A program made the position numbers and the translations under genes. Below are positions 9,310 to 17,224 of a stretch of DNA of 64,000 nt, one piece after another. The DNA lies in the NCBI GenBank assembly GCA_013815345.1, contig JACDGK010000001.1:102434-166433 (forward strand), written 5' to 3'. Under the pieces are notes generated by a model. That model was not told where the DNA came from and searched no databases. It saw nothing but the letters and a program-made list of their open reading frames with translations. The stretch comes from Patescibacteria group bacterium. Its GTDB lineage: Bacteria; Patescibacteriota; Minisyncoccia; Phycocordibacterales; Phycocordibacteraceae. How positions within the stretch are numbered: the first letter of the stretch is position 1; the number at the start of each line of letters is the position of its first letter.

Positions 9310-10320
9310 TTACACAAGTGGGAGCGTAATAACTACTCGTGTTCCTTTCTCTTTTTCACTTTGTACCGTAATGGTGCCGTTATGCTGCTCTACTATCGTC
9401 TTTACGATAGCAAGTCCAAGTCCTGTTCCCTGCTGGGAAGTCTTTATACCTTTGTAAAACGGGGTAAATATATGGGGCATATCTCTAGGATCAATACCCT
9501 TTCCCGTATCGACAATCGTTATTTTTCCGAATGAATCATTGTGAAGTAGATTGATCGTGACTACCTCTCCCGTTTCAGTATGTTCAAGACTATTTTGAAT
9601 AATATTCACCAACATCCGCGTAATCGCGTCTTCATTTCCCTGCACTACTCCAGCCATTAATTTCTCAACCGCAAGGGTTACTCCTTTTTCTGCAGCAAAT
9701 GGCTGCATTTTATCGAGAACTTTTCTAATGACGTTCTCGAGCGCGAAAGGTTCCGCTACTTTTTCGCTCGCTTGCTCAGACCGAGCCAGGGCAAGTAAGT
9801 CTTCGACCATTGCGGTCATTCCTTTCACTTCTTCTAAATTGGAAACGAGCGTGGTACGCATCTGACCTGAAGACGGTTGAACATTTCGAAGAAGTACTTC
9901 AATATCATTTCTTATGATAGTAAGCGGCGTTCGTAGCTCGTGGGATGCCTGTGCTGCAAATGTTCGCTGTGCTTCATGGGATTCTTCTACCGGACGTAAT
10001 GTTTTCCCGGCCAGCAGGTAGCTCACAATGGCTGCAATGAGGATTATGGTGAGGTCAGACGCCACGAGCGTATGCTGCAAAGAATCCGAAGCGCTTTCAA
10101 CGAAATGCTGCCGTGAGATATTTCCTGCAAAATCTTCCTCACTTGCATCAGCAAAGTTTCCAATAATAGTGTGGTACAGGAAAAGACTGAAGCCGCAGAC
10201 GATGATGGCAATGATAAGCACATAGAGCGCAGTCAGTTTAAGACGCGCTTTAAAAAAGAGATTACGGTGAGAGCCGGTAGCCGATTCCCCTAACTGTCTC
10301 GATAGTAATGCTTTCATCAT
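9310..10320 (-). CDS. sensor histidine kinase (two TM helices, HisKA, HATPase)
   Basis: H-box ASHELRTPLTII. N, G1 and G2 boxes (DTGKGI, GTGLGLAIV). The annotated start overlaps the upstream regulator gene by 59 nt; an internal GTG start at the YVLI position is possible. Confidence 0.9.
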   Translation of the reverse strand: MMKALLSRQLGESATGSHRNLFFKARLKLTALYVLIIAIIVCGFSLFLYHTIIGNFADASEEDFAGNISRQHFVESASDSLQHTLVASDLTIILIAAIVSYLLAGKTLRPVEESHEAQRTFAAQASHELRTPLTIIRNDIEVLLRNVQPSSGQMRTTLVSNLEEVKGMTAMVEDLLALARSEQASEKVAEPFALENVIRKVLDKMQPFAAEKGVTLAVEKLMAGVVQGNEDAITRMLVNIIQNSLEHTETGEVVTINLLHNDSFGKITIVDTGKGIDPRDMPHIFTPFYKGIKTSQQGTGLGLAIVKTIVEQHNGTITVQSEKEKGTRVVITLPLV

Positions 10321-10936
10321 GTTTCTGTAGCTTATTCCTTAAATTATTAATATGCACGTCCATAACGCGGCTTAGTGGATTGAAAGAGAAATCCCACAAG
10401 TGATCGATAATCTTTTGTCGTCCGAGCACTTCTCCTGGATGCTGCATAAAATACTCGAGAATTCTGAATTCTTTGAGAGTGAGTGGAATCTTTTTGCCGG
10501 CGAGATACACTTCTTGCGAAGCGGGCTTCAACGTGAGCTCACCGACGATGAGCTCAGGTGGCAATGTTTCGCGCGATCGCCGAGAGAGTGCACGAACGCG
10601 TGAAAGCAATTCCTCAAAAGAAAATGGTTTTACGAGATAATCGTCGGCACCGCTATCGAGACCTTGCACTTTGTCACTAACCGTATCTTTTGCTGTAAGC
10701 ATGATGATCGGCGTCATGACGGCACGCTCGCGAAGCGAGCGTGCTATCGAAATGCCATCTTTTCCGGGAAGCGCAATATCGAGGATCAGGAGGTCGTAAT
10801 CCATTTTTCCTAGCAAGGCGCGTTTTTCTCCCTCAATTCCATCAGGAACCGTATCTGCGGCATATCCCTCTTGTTCAAAGCCCCGCTTTAGAGATTCCGC
10901 GAGTTTTACATTGTCTTCTATGATCAGCAGGCGCAT
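10262..10936 (-). CDS. OmpR-family response regulator
   Basis: Receiver domain MRLLIIEDN...DLLILDIALPG...TAKD plus a winged-helix C-terminal domain (RVMDVHINNLRNKL). Confidence 0.9.
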   Translation of the reverse strand: MRLLIIEDNVKLAESLKRGFEQEGYAADTVPDGIEGEKRALLGKMDYDLLILDIALPGKDGISIARSLRERAVMTPIIMLTAKDTVSDKVQGLDSGADDYLVKPFSFEELLSRVRALSRRSRETLPPELIVGELTLKPASQEVYLAGKKIPLTLKEFRILEYFMQHPGEVLGRQKIIDHLWDFSFNPLSRVMDVHINNLRNKLQKHDESITIETVRGIGYRLSP

Positions 10937-10995
10937 ATAGCTACCATAGTGTAGTCATGTAAAGTTCTCGTAAAGGAGACGATAACGATAAATGT

Positions 10996-11421
10996 ATGTT
11001 TATAAGGTATGGTAAGCGAATGAAACGATTCCTGAGATATGTAGCCGTGACCCTACCAACCTTCCTGCTCGATCTGGGTTTGCTTGTCTTGCTCACACAG
11101 GTCTTTTCAGTGAATTACGTTCTTGCCACGGGAATTGCTTTTATCGTCGCAACGACAGCCAACTATTTTCTCAGTCGACGCTTCGTTTTTATGGGTTCGC
11201 ACCGTTCTTTTTCACTAGGATATGTATATTTTCTTACCATCGCACTCGTCGGCCTTTTTACCGTTACCTCTTCTATATGGGTACTCGTCGGCCTTTTACA
11301 CTTTAATTATATTTTGAGTCGCCTCCTTATAGCCTTCGTCGAAGGTATGTGGAATTACCTCATGAACCTCTACCTCAATTTCAAAGTCAGTGGGAAACCC
11401 GTTTCTGAAGTAAACGCATAA
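10996..11421 (+). CDS. GtrA-family membrane protein
   Basis: 141 aa, 4 TM helices, GtrA-like conserved region (ATGIAFIVATTANYFLSRRFVF). Confidence 0.75.
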   Translation: MFIRYGKRMKRFLRYVAVTLPTFLLDLGLLVLLTQVFSVNYVLATGIAFIVATTANYFLSRRFVFMGSHRSFSLGYVYFLTIALVGLFTVTSSIWVLVGLLHFNYILSRLLIAFVEGMWNYLMNLYLNFKVSGKPVSEVNA

Positions 11422-11444
11422 AAATGCCGAATCTCCCAAATCGT

Positions 11445-11515
11445 GTTGCGGAGGCCGGAATCGAACCGACTGTTTCGTCCCGTATTTACTAGAGTTCGAT
11501 TCCGACCCGCATCAT
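11445..11515 (-). repeat. tRNA-like fragment: a direct repeat of the 3' 27 nt of the tRNA(CAU) gene at 16012, plus a 10-bp T-loop-like hairpin
   Basis: CGTGTTGCGGAGGCCGGAATCGAACCGAC here versus CGTGTTGCGGGGGCCGGAATCGAACCGGC at 16012-16040 (27 of 29 match). The 5' half does not fold into a D-arm or anticodon arm. GGAATCGAAC and GTTCGATTCC form a 10-bp hairpin. Confidence 0.5.
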
Positions 11516-11670
11516 ATAAAGAATCTTCATCTTTTGCAGAGATTGATACCCTAGTAGTATTTATAATTCCCATAATTAAAAAGACCGCAGAGAATGCGAG
11601 GTCCGAGAATCCACGAATATTGGTAAATAATATAAAACAGCTCGCTATCTAATTTAGAAGCGAGCTGTTG

Positions 11671-12189
11671 TTAGATACTTGAAATAACATTGATCCAATC
11701 ATGCACAACAATAACGTGACTGAGCGTTTCTGTGTGATTGAATTCTTCCACTTCACTTTGCTGTGGATGAAATAGAAAGAGATTTTTGACTTTCTCGACG
11801 AAGAAATTGAGTACTTCAAGACGATCATCTACCACGATGGTCGTACCTCGATTAGTCAAAGTCTCTTGATTAATGTACTGCGTTTTGTCACGCCCTGTAG
11901 TGGAACGGATTACTCGATCTGGAGAAATTCCTGTTCGTTCGAAGAAACTGTGTGTCATGAGCCAGGCCTGAATCTTTTGCTCAGCAACATTAGTTGCATT
12001 ATATGCAACAGTAATGTTTCCGGAGAATTTATCACAGATAATACGCAAACTCTCCATTGCATTAGGAACTTCAGGGATCGCATTGTAATTAATTGTGTGA
12101 AAGTTCTCGGGGCTAGTATTTGTAAGCCAGTGGGCAATAATTACATTTCCCAAGTCCACAATAGCTCCCTCATTGATAGGTTCATACAT
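11671..12189 (-). CDS. HAD-like 5'(3')-deoxyribonucleotidase-family protein with a degenerate motif I
   Basis: The GRDKT...TIVVDD block resembles NT5C-type deoxyribonucleotidases (RDKT...LIDD). Motif I reads VDLGNV rather than DxDGV. Confidence 0.5.
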   Translation of the reverse strand: MYEPINEGAIVDLGNVIIAHWLTNTSPENFHTINYNAIPEVPNAMESLRIICDKFSGNITVAYNATNVAEQKIQAWLMTHSFFERTGISPDRVIRSTTGRDKTQYINQETLTNRGTTIVVDDRLEVLNFFVEKVKNLFLFHPQQSEVEEFNHTETLSHVIVVHDWINVISSI

Positions 12190-12247
12190 TGTCGTACCTC
12201 CAATACCAGTCTGGACTAATTATCCCATATAAATTAAAATTTGCAAC

Positions 12248-13291
12248 ATGGAATCTTCAACTGGAGATGTATCTCTGCCAATCAGTCTAGGTACAAAAAA
12301 TGGAAAAATAGTTGTGGTTATGGCACGAATTCCAAGAGTGGGTCTGCATGAACCATTTTTTATAGACTCGTTAGATGGCCGTTTTCATTTAGCCCACATA
12401 AGCAAGAGTATCGAATCAGAGCAAGACGTTTTGGTTAGACCTCTGCACTATGATGAAAATGATGATCGTATTGAATTTATTCTCATTGAAAAATTTATCT
12501 CCAAGTATTTATCGATCGAGACGGTAAGTGATAAGACTCATTTCATATTTCATATGTCTAGATGTGGTTCTACATTGGCAGCTCAAATGCTTTCTACAGT
12601 GAATAGATTTTATGTACTTTCTGAACCAACTATTATAAATGAGATATTAGATCCGAATTTAGAATTACCAAACGGTATTTCGAAGTGGGATCTTTTAAAA
12701 GGAGTCATAAATGCTATTTCCATTTTCAAGCCAGATCATTGTGAGCATCTTTTCATTAAATTCCGTAGTTGGAACATCTTTTTTCTAAGTGAAATATTAA
12801 GCCTCTATCCAGGAATCACTTGGTCATTTATTCATCGTAATGGGTTGGAAGTTATGGAATCAATATTACGCGATCAGCCTGGATGGATACGGGGGCGAGA
12901 TAGAAATATATCTTTCTTTTCAAAAGTGCTCGGCATTAGTGAAGATGAAATTCGACTAATGAGTAGCAGTGAATATTCTGCTCGCATACTTGGTGCTATA
13001 TGTAAGGAAGCCTCAATAAATAGAAGTGGTAATAGTGCTTATATTTCTTATGAAGATATTCCCAATAGATTGCCTGAATTGTTAGAGAAACCATTTAAAT
13101 TGAAACTAACTTCTGATGAGAGAGGCAGTATGATTAAGCGCTCAACATTCTACTCAAAAGACAAATTGAGTAAGAAGGTGTTCACTGAAGACAGTTTAGA
13201 GAAGCGTAGCTCTATGAGCGACTTAGATATAATTAATGCTACTCGATTTATTGAGATAGAAAGAAAGGGTATATTCACAAAAACAATATGA
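12248..13291 (+). CDS. sulfotransferase-family protein
   Basis: 347 aa. HMSRCGSTLAAQML resembles the PAPS 5'-phosphosulfate-binding loop of Stf0-type sulfotransferases (xRSGST). AT-rich codon usage. Confidence 0.65.
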   Translation: MESSTGDVSLPISLGTKNGKIVVVMARIPRVGLHEPFFIDSLDGRFHLAHISKSIESEQDVLVRPLHYDENDDRIEFILIEKFISKYLSIETVSDKTHFIFHMSRCGSTLAAQMLSTVNRFYVLSEPTIINEILDPNLELPNGISKWDLLKGVINAISIFKPDHCEHLFIKFRSWNIFFLSEILSLYPGITWSFIHRNGLEVMESILRDQPGWIRGRDRNISFFSKVLGISEDEIRLMSSSEYSARILGAICKEASINRSGNSAYISYEDIPNRLPELLEKPFKLKLTSDERGSMIKRSTFYSKDKLSKKVFTEDSLEKRSSMSDLDIINATRFIEIERKGIFTKTI

Positions 13292-13800
13292 AAGAATCTA
13301 AATTAAGTGACGAACTATACATGCAGCGTTGCATCGAACTAGCCGCAAAAGGATCAAAATCAATGGATTTCCCTTTTGGTTCCTTGTTAGTACATCATGA
13401 CTCAATTATAGCTGAGTTTCATAACGAAGCATTGCTTACTAATGAAATATACAAACACGCAGAAATGCTTGTGTTAATACACGCGCAGAAGGAACTTTCC
13501 AGTAGTCAACTTAAGAAAGCAACGCTTTATTGCACCGTCGAGCCTTGTGCGATGTGTTCTTTCGCCATACAGGAACTTGGAATTTCTAGAGTAGTATTTG
13601 GCTTGCGCTCACCAATAATGGGTGGTTATTCTAAATGGAAAATACTTCAAGATGAAGAGCTGGGGGCCACATTCCCTAATACATTTGGAAAAGCACCGGA
13701 AATATCGCCTGGCGTTCTAAGAGATTCTGTAGCAGATGGGTGGAAAAAATGGAATCCAGAGAAATGGGCGCGATTCTTAGAAAAGGGAGTCTTTACTTAA
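13288..13800 (+). CDS. cytidine/deoxycytidylate (TadA/guanine-deaminase-like) zinc deaminase
   Basis: CDA zinc motifs HAEMLVL and TVEPCAMC. The ATGA start overlaps the sulfotransferase stop, so it looks like an operon. Confidence 0.85.
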   Translation: MKESKLSDELYMQRCIELAAKGSKSMDFPFGSLLVHHDSIIAEFHNEALLTNEIYKHAEMLVLIHAQKELSSSQLKKATLYCTVEPCAMCSFAIQELGISRVVFGLRSPIMGGYSKWKILQDEELGATFPNTFGKAPEISPGVLRDSVADGWKKWNPEKWARFLEKGVFT

Positions 13801-13805
13801 ACCAA

Positions 13806-14450
13806 TTAGAATTCTCCAAAATGTGCGTGGTCATTCCAACCTAGCACATACCAGCCTGACTCATGAAGTTCGAAGGATAGGTCATATTGAATAGTCGTTA
13901 TACCAGTATTATCTGGCACAAATGTGCGCTTAACTTCATAAAACAATTCAGGCGTAATCTTATCACCAAAGATTACCAGAGCTAGAACCATTTTAAGAAT
14001 TTCACCATGTGTCACCACTAAAATATTTCTCTCTTCCTTTTTAGAGAGGAACTCAAGCATTTTCTGTGCCCTGTCTCTAATTTGAAAATAATCCTCCTCA
14101 TCTGAATGACGATTATCAGGGTCAGTAAAAGTACTTTTCACGATTTTCATAATTTCCTTCACTTCAGGCTCGGACTTACATCGCCCGCGAACTGCTGTAG
14201 GACGATTCACTTCTTCAAAAATTGGATTCTCATTTACTGCATGCCCAGTTACCAAAGATATTGCTTGCGCCGTTTGCGAAGCGCGCATCATAGGACTACT
14301 GAAAATAATATCAATCGGGATTGACTTGAATCTATTAGCCAAGACTTCAGCCTGTTTTAAACCGCGCTCAGATAATTCAATTGTAGGGAGCTGAAATTGA
14401 TCAGTCTCATTCCCTTCAGTACTCCCATGTCGCACAAAATATATATTCAT
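13806..14450 (-). CDS. histidine phosphatase (phosphoglycerate-mutase superfamily)
   Basis: N-terminal RHG motif (VRHGSTEGN) and a later H (VTHG). Confidence 0.8.
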   Translation of the reverse strand: MNIYFVRHGSTEGNETDQFQLPTIELSERGLKQAEVLANRFKSIPIDIIFSSPMMRASQTAQAISLVTGHAVNENPIFEEVNRPTAVRGRCKSEPEVKEIMKIVKSTFTDPDNRHSDEEDYFQIRDRAQKMLEFLSKKEERNILVVTHGEILKMVLALVIFGDKITPELFYEVKRTFVPDNTGITTIQYDLSFELHESGWYVLGWNDHAHFGEF

Positions 14451-14455
14451 AATTT

Positions 14456-15691
14456 TTATGCTAAATCATATCTCCCATTAATAATATTCTTGGTTGCTCC
14501 TGAAACGTCAGTAATTATCTCAGAAATTATATATTGAACCAGTACAGTATCTATAGATTCCACTGAATTTACGATAACTGACCAAGGTTCATCAATAGGC
14601 TTGTCTGTCTGACTAATAATAAAAACTTCATTGGGTGTACCTGTTTTATTATATATCTCCTGGGCTATATCCCATGCCATTACAGAATATAATTTCCCAG
14701 CGTGATATTGGGGATTTTTTCCACTCAAACCTTCTATACTAAACGGGCGACGTGACGATATAACTCCTCCTAACCGATTTCCCCGTGCGACCTGGCCTTC
14801 ATCCCCAGATTCGACACAGGAGCCAGTATAAAGCATGTAAAGAAGGTCGTCTCTTTGGCCGTCCGCAGTATTTAGCGTAAAATTTACGTTAAACATTTCA
14901 ATTTTTGAAACTACTCCACGTATTATGGAGCGAACTATTTCCAAATTCTCTTGGTATTGATCAATTGTTGCAACTTCGGTTGATATCTGAGGTACACATA
15001 ATGTAAGCATTACTTCCTGTGCATTTCTAACAGCCATTACCTTTATATCTGAGCCGAGCCAATGATATTTTTTCTTAGAAATATCAGAATTGAGTTCTCG
15101 TTCTACTTCAAGAACAAGAATCTCTAATGGAGTATAGGGAGCCCATCCACAACCCACCGCCGTATCATTCGCTACAGGTCTTATGTATTCAGGTAAATCT
15201 GTAAGTTTACCAGGACGAAATCTTGAGTATGCAGATGAACGTGCATTCGTAGAATTTATAGGCTGTAGGCCTCGTGTTGTATTTGCAGTTATCTCAATCA
15301 TTAACCTGCAATTTGTTAGAAAATCAAAGTTCTTAAGTTCAGTCTCCAAAAAATTTGCTGCAGTATCAATTAAAGCATCACGATACTGAACCTTTTTGCC
15401 TCCAACCTCTGGAGTTGCCCTGCCATTTATTAGCAACCGTATAGGTGAGACAAAGTTCCCACCACCAAAACGGACATCGCATTTCCCACCCATCAATGAT
15501 AATTTGTCGAATTGGTGCCTCAATATGGTTCCAAATTGGTCTATACAAATCTGCGAATAGGTTCGAGAAAGCAGTTCAGCCAGTTTGTCAGCGAGGGTGT
15601 CAGGGTGACCTCTTCCTTTGCGTTCAATAACTTCAAAATCAGCTTTGGACAGATCTTTTAAGTCATTTACAAATCGAATATTCGATACCAT
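14456..15691 (-). CDS. archaeal-type S-adenosylmethionine synthetase (methionine adenosyltransferase)
   Basis: Collinear with archaeal MAT: ERKGRGHPDTLAD, FGTIL.H..D...L.GG...FGGG..VSPI.LL.GRAT, ANDT.VG.G.AP, GDEGQVARGNR.G.I...RP.S.E..SGKNP.H.GK.Y. It is not the bacterial MetK fold. Confidence 0.9.
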   Translation of the reverse strand: MVSNIRFVNDLKDLSKADFEVIERKGRGHPDTLADKLAELLSRTYSQICIDQFGTILRHQFDKLSLMGGKCDVRFGGGNFVSPIRLLINGRATPEVGGKKVQYRDALIDTAANFLETELKNFDFLTNCRLMIEITANTTRGLQPINSTNARSSAYSRFRPGKLTDLPEYIRPVANDTAVGCGWAPYTPLEILVLEVERELNSDISKKKYHWLGSDIKVMAVRNAQEVMLTLCVPQISTEVATIDQYQENLEIVRSIIRGVVSKIEMFNVNFTLNTADGQRDDLLYMLYTGSCVESGDEGQVARGNRLGGVISSRRPFSIEGLSGKNPQYHAGKLYSVMAWDIAQEIYNKTGTPNEVFIISQTDKPIDEPWSVIVNSVESIDTVLVQYIISEIITDVSGATKNIINGRYDLA

Positions 15692-15910
15692 ATGTACATT
15701 CTAACAGATATTTAGATTCAAAAAATCTATCTAGATCTTAATTCACTCACATTCAGTATAATCTGAATTATGTAATCCGACCTACTAGGGTAGATAAATA
15801 TTGGTTCCAGGCATTTCGATTCCGGTCCCCGAATTCATCAGAACACAAATCATTTGTATTGGAGATAACAGGAATCGAACTGAGAATACGCTGCAAATGC
15901 TTAAGCACAG

Positions 15911-15943
15911 AAAAAGCCTGCAAGGTATTTGCAGGCTTTTTCT
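15911..15943. terminator. bidirectional hairpin terminator
   Basis: AAAAAGCCTGCAAGGTATTTGCAGGCTTTTTCT: a perfect 10-bp stem with A- and T-tracts on both sides. Confidence 0.5.
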
Positions 15944-16014
15944 GGTGAACGAGGGGCCGGTACTGTACTGGGTTTGATGCCTGTCGGTACTGGTTCCTCG
16001 TGTCACAACCGTGT

Positions 16015-16084
16015 TGCGGGGGCCGGAATCGAACCGGCGTCTGGAGGTTATGAGCCTCCCGAGGTACCTCTCCTCTACCCCGCT
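16015..16084 (-). tRNA. tRNA with a CAU anticodon (Met, fMet or Ile2; not resolved)
   Basis: Cloverleaf on the minus strand: D-arm GAGG-AGAGGTA-CCTC, anticodon arm GGAGG-CTCATAA-CCTCC, T-arm GCCGG-TTCGATT-CCGGC, acceptor GCGGGG/CCCCGC. CCA is not encoded. Base pair 1-72 is ambiguous (possible mismatch). Confidence 0.75.
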
Positions 16085-16189
16085 ATATAAATCGTAGTGA
16101 AGCTTCGCATTTACCATCCCGCCATGGAATGGCCTCAATCCTCTACCCCGCTATACTCATATACTACCTATGTTTTGCCTCAAATCAAG

Positions 16190-16516
16190 TTAGTCCAGCT
16201 CGAGGAGATGTTGAGGTGAGTTAGGTTTTATGTTGCTCCGTCGCTCAAGGGCTGAGATTCGGTGTTCGTGGTTGATTGATGCGAGCGCATCTTTTCCCTC
16301 GGCCTCAGTAAGGGCAGATAAGTTTTCTTTTATCTCCTCTAGGGAATATTCAATTTTGATTACTCGTAATTCGATGTTTCGAGTTACTTCCCAGAGATTT
16401 CGGAATTGTTCATCAATAAAAGAAAATCTTACTTCAAGCATGTCGAACAACTTCGACATGGTCTCATCGAACTTCTCATTGGTGACATGTGATGCTGCAA
16501 CCGTCATTGAAAGCAT
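16190..16516 (-). CDS. hypothetical coiled-coil protein
   Basis: 108 aa with heptad-like, E/K-rich sequence. It sits 67 nt downstream of the HEPN-like gene on the same strand. Confidence 0.5.
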   Translation of the reverse strand: MLSMTVAASHVTNEKFDETMSKLFDMLEVRFSFIDEQFRNLWEVTRNIELRVIKIEYSLEEIKENLSALTEAEGKDALASINHEHRISALERRSNIKPNSPQHLLELD

Positions 16517-16583
16517 TTTACCACGATCAATTCACAAAACTCTCAAATCTTTATAAAGTAAAGATGAAATTCTATGGAAAACA

Positions 16584-17171
16584 CTAAATTTCGTTGAATT
16601 CTCGGAAAACGTTCTCGTAGTGGCCAATGGTTCTGTATGCGAGCTGGTCAGAAAGCTTATAGGCAAAGCCCTGATGGGCTATCTCATTACGAACGCGATG
16701 GGCTTCCCAGGCATCTTGCAGCGTCCGAAAATGTGACGCATTTGCAAGTTTTAGTTTGTCACCCACACCATTGCCTAAAAGGCCGAGCTTGGAAAGAAGC
16801 TCATCGAGCATGATATCGGCTTCTATAATGGCCTGACGCCAGTCGCTTTCCTGCGGGCTCTCGATAAGTTGGCGAATGTACGCCCAGCGGGAATGTTCGA
16901 GCTGTACATCCGCGATCTCTTTAGGAATCGTTGCGTATTTTGGGTCCTCATCACGCGATATTTGGTGGAGTCGCATAGTGAAATATACAAGCAATCCTAT
17001 ACAAAAAAATGAAATCAAATAGGCGATAATCGTAACGAAAATCCATAGAGCGCTTGCGAAGTCTGCAAAGCCATTGGCTGACGATCCTCTAAAGATAAAG
17101 ATCGCGTTGTAAATGAGCTGAAAGAAATACGCAATGTTAAGGAAATCAATAGGAGGATCGGCAGGCGTCAT
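16584..17171 (-). CDS. membrane-anchored protein with a C-terminal HEPN-like domain
   Basis: Two N-terminal TM helices. The C-terminal all-helical region contains RNEIAH, which fits the HEPN Rx4-6H motif, preceded by conserved acidic residues. Confidence 0.55.
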   Translation of the reverse strand: MTPADPPIDFLNIAYFFQLIYNAIFIFRGSSANGFADFASALWIFVTIIAYLISFFCIGLLVYFTMRLHQISRDEDPKYATIPKEIADVQLEHSRWAYIRQLIESPQESDWRQAIIEADIMLDELLSKLGLLGNGVGDKLKLANASHFRTLQDAWEAHRVRNEIAHQGFAYKLSDQLAYRTIGHYENVFREFNEI

Positions 17172-17224
17172 TCTTTCTAGTATACGACATCATTTACTTA
17201 CGAGTCCGCGAGTTTAGGAAATGA

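Noticed and set aside
11445-11515. A second complete tRNA gene
   Set aside because: Only the T-arm and 3' acceptor half are present. The 5' half does not form a D-arm or anticodon arm, and the sequence is about 64 nt long. It is treated as a tRNA 3'-end repeat or fragment.
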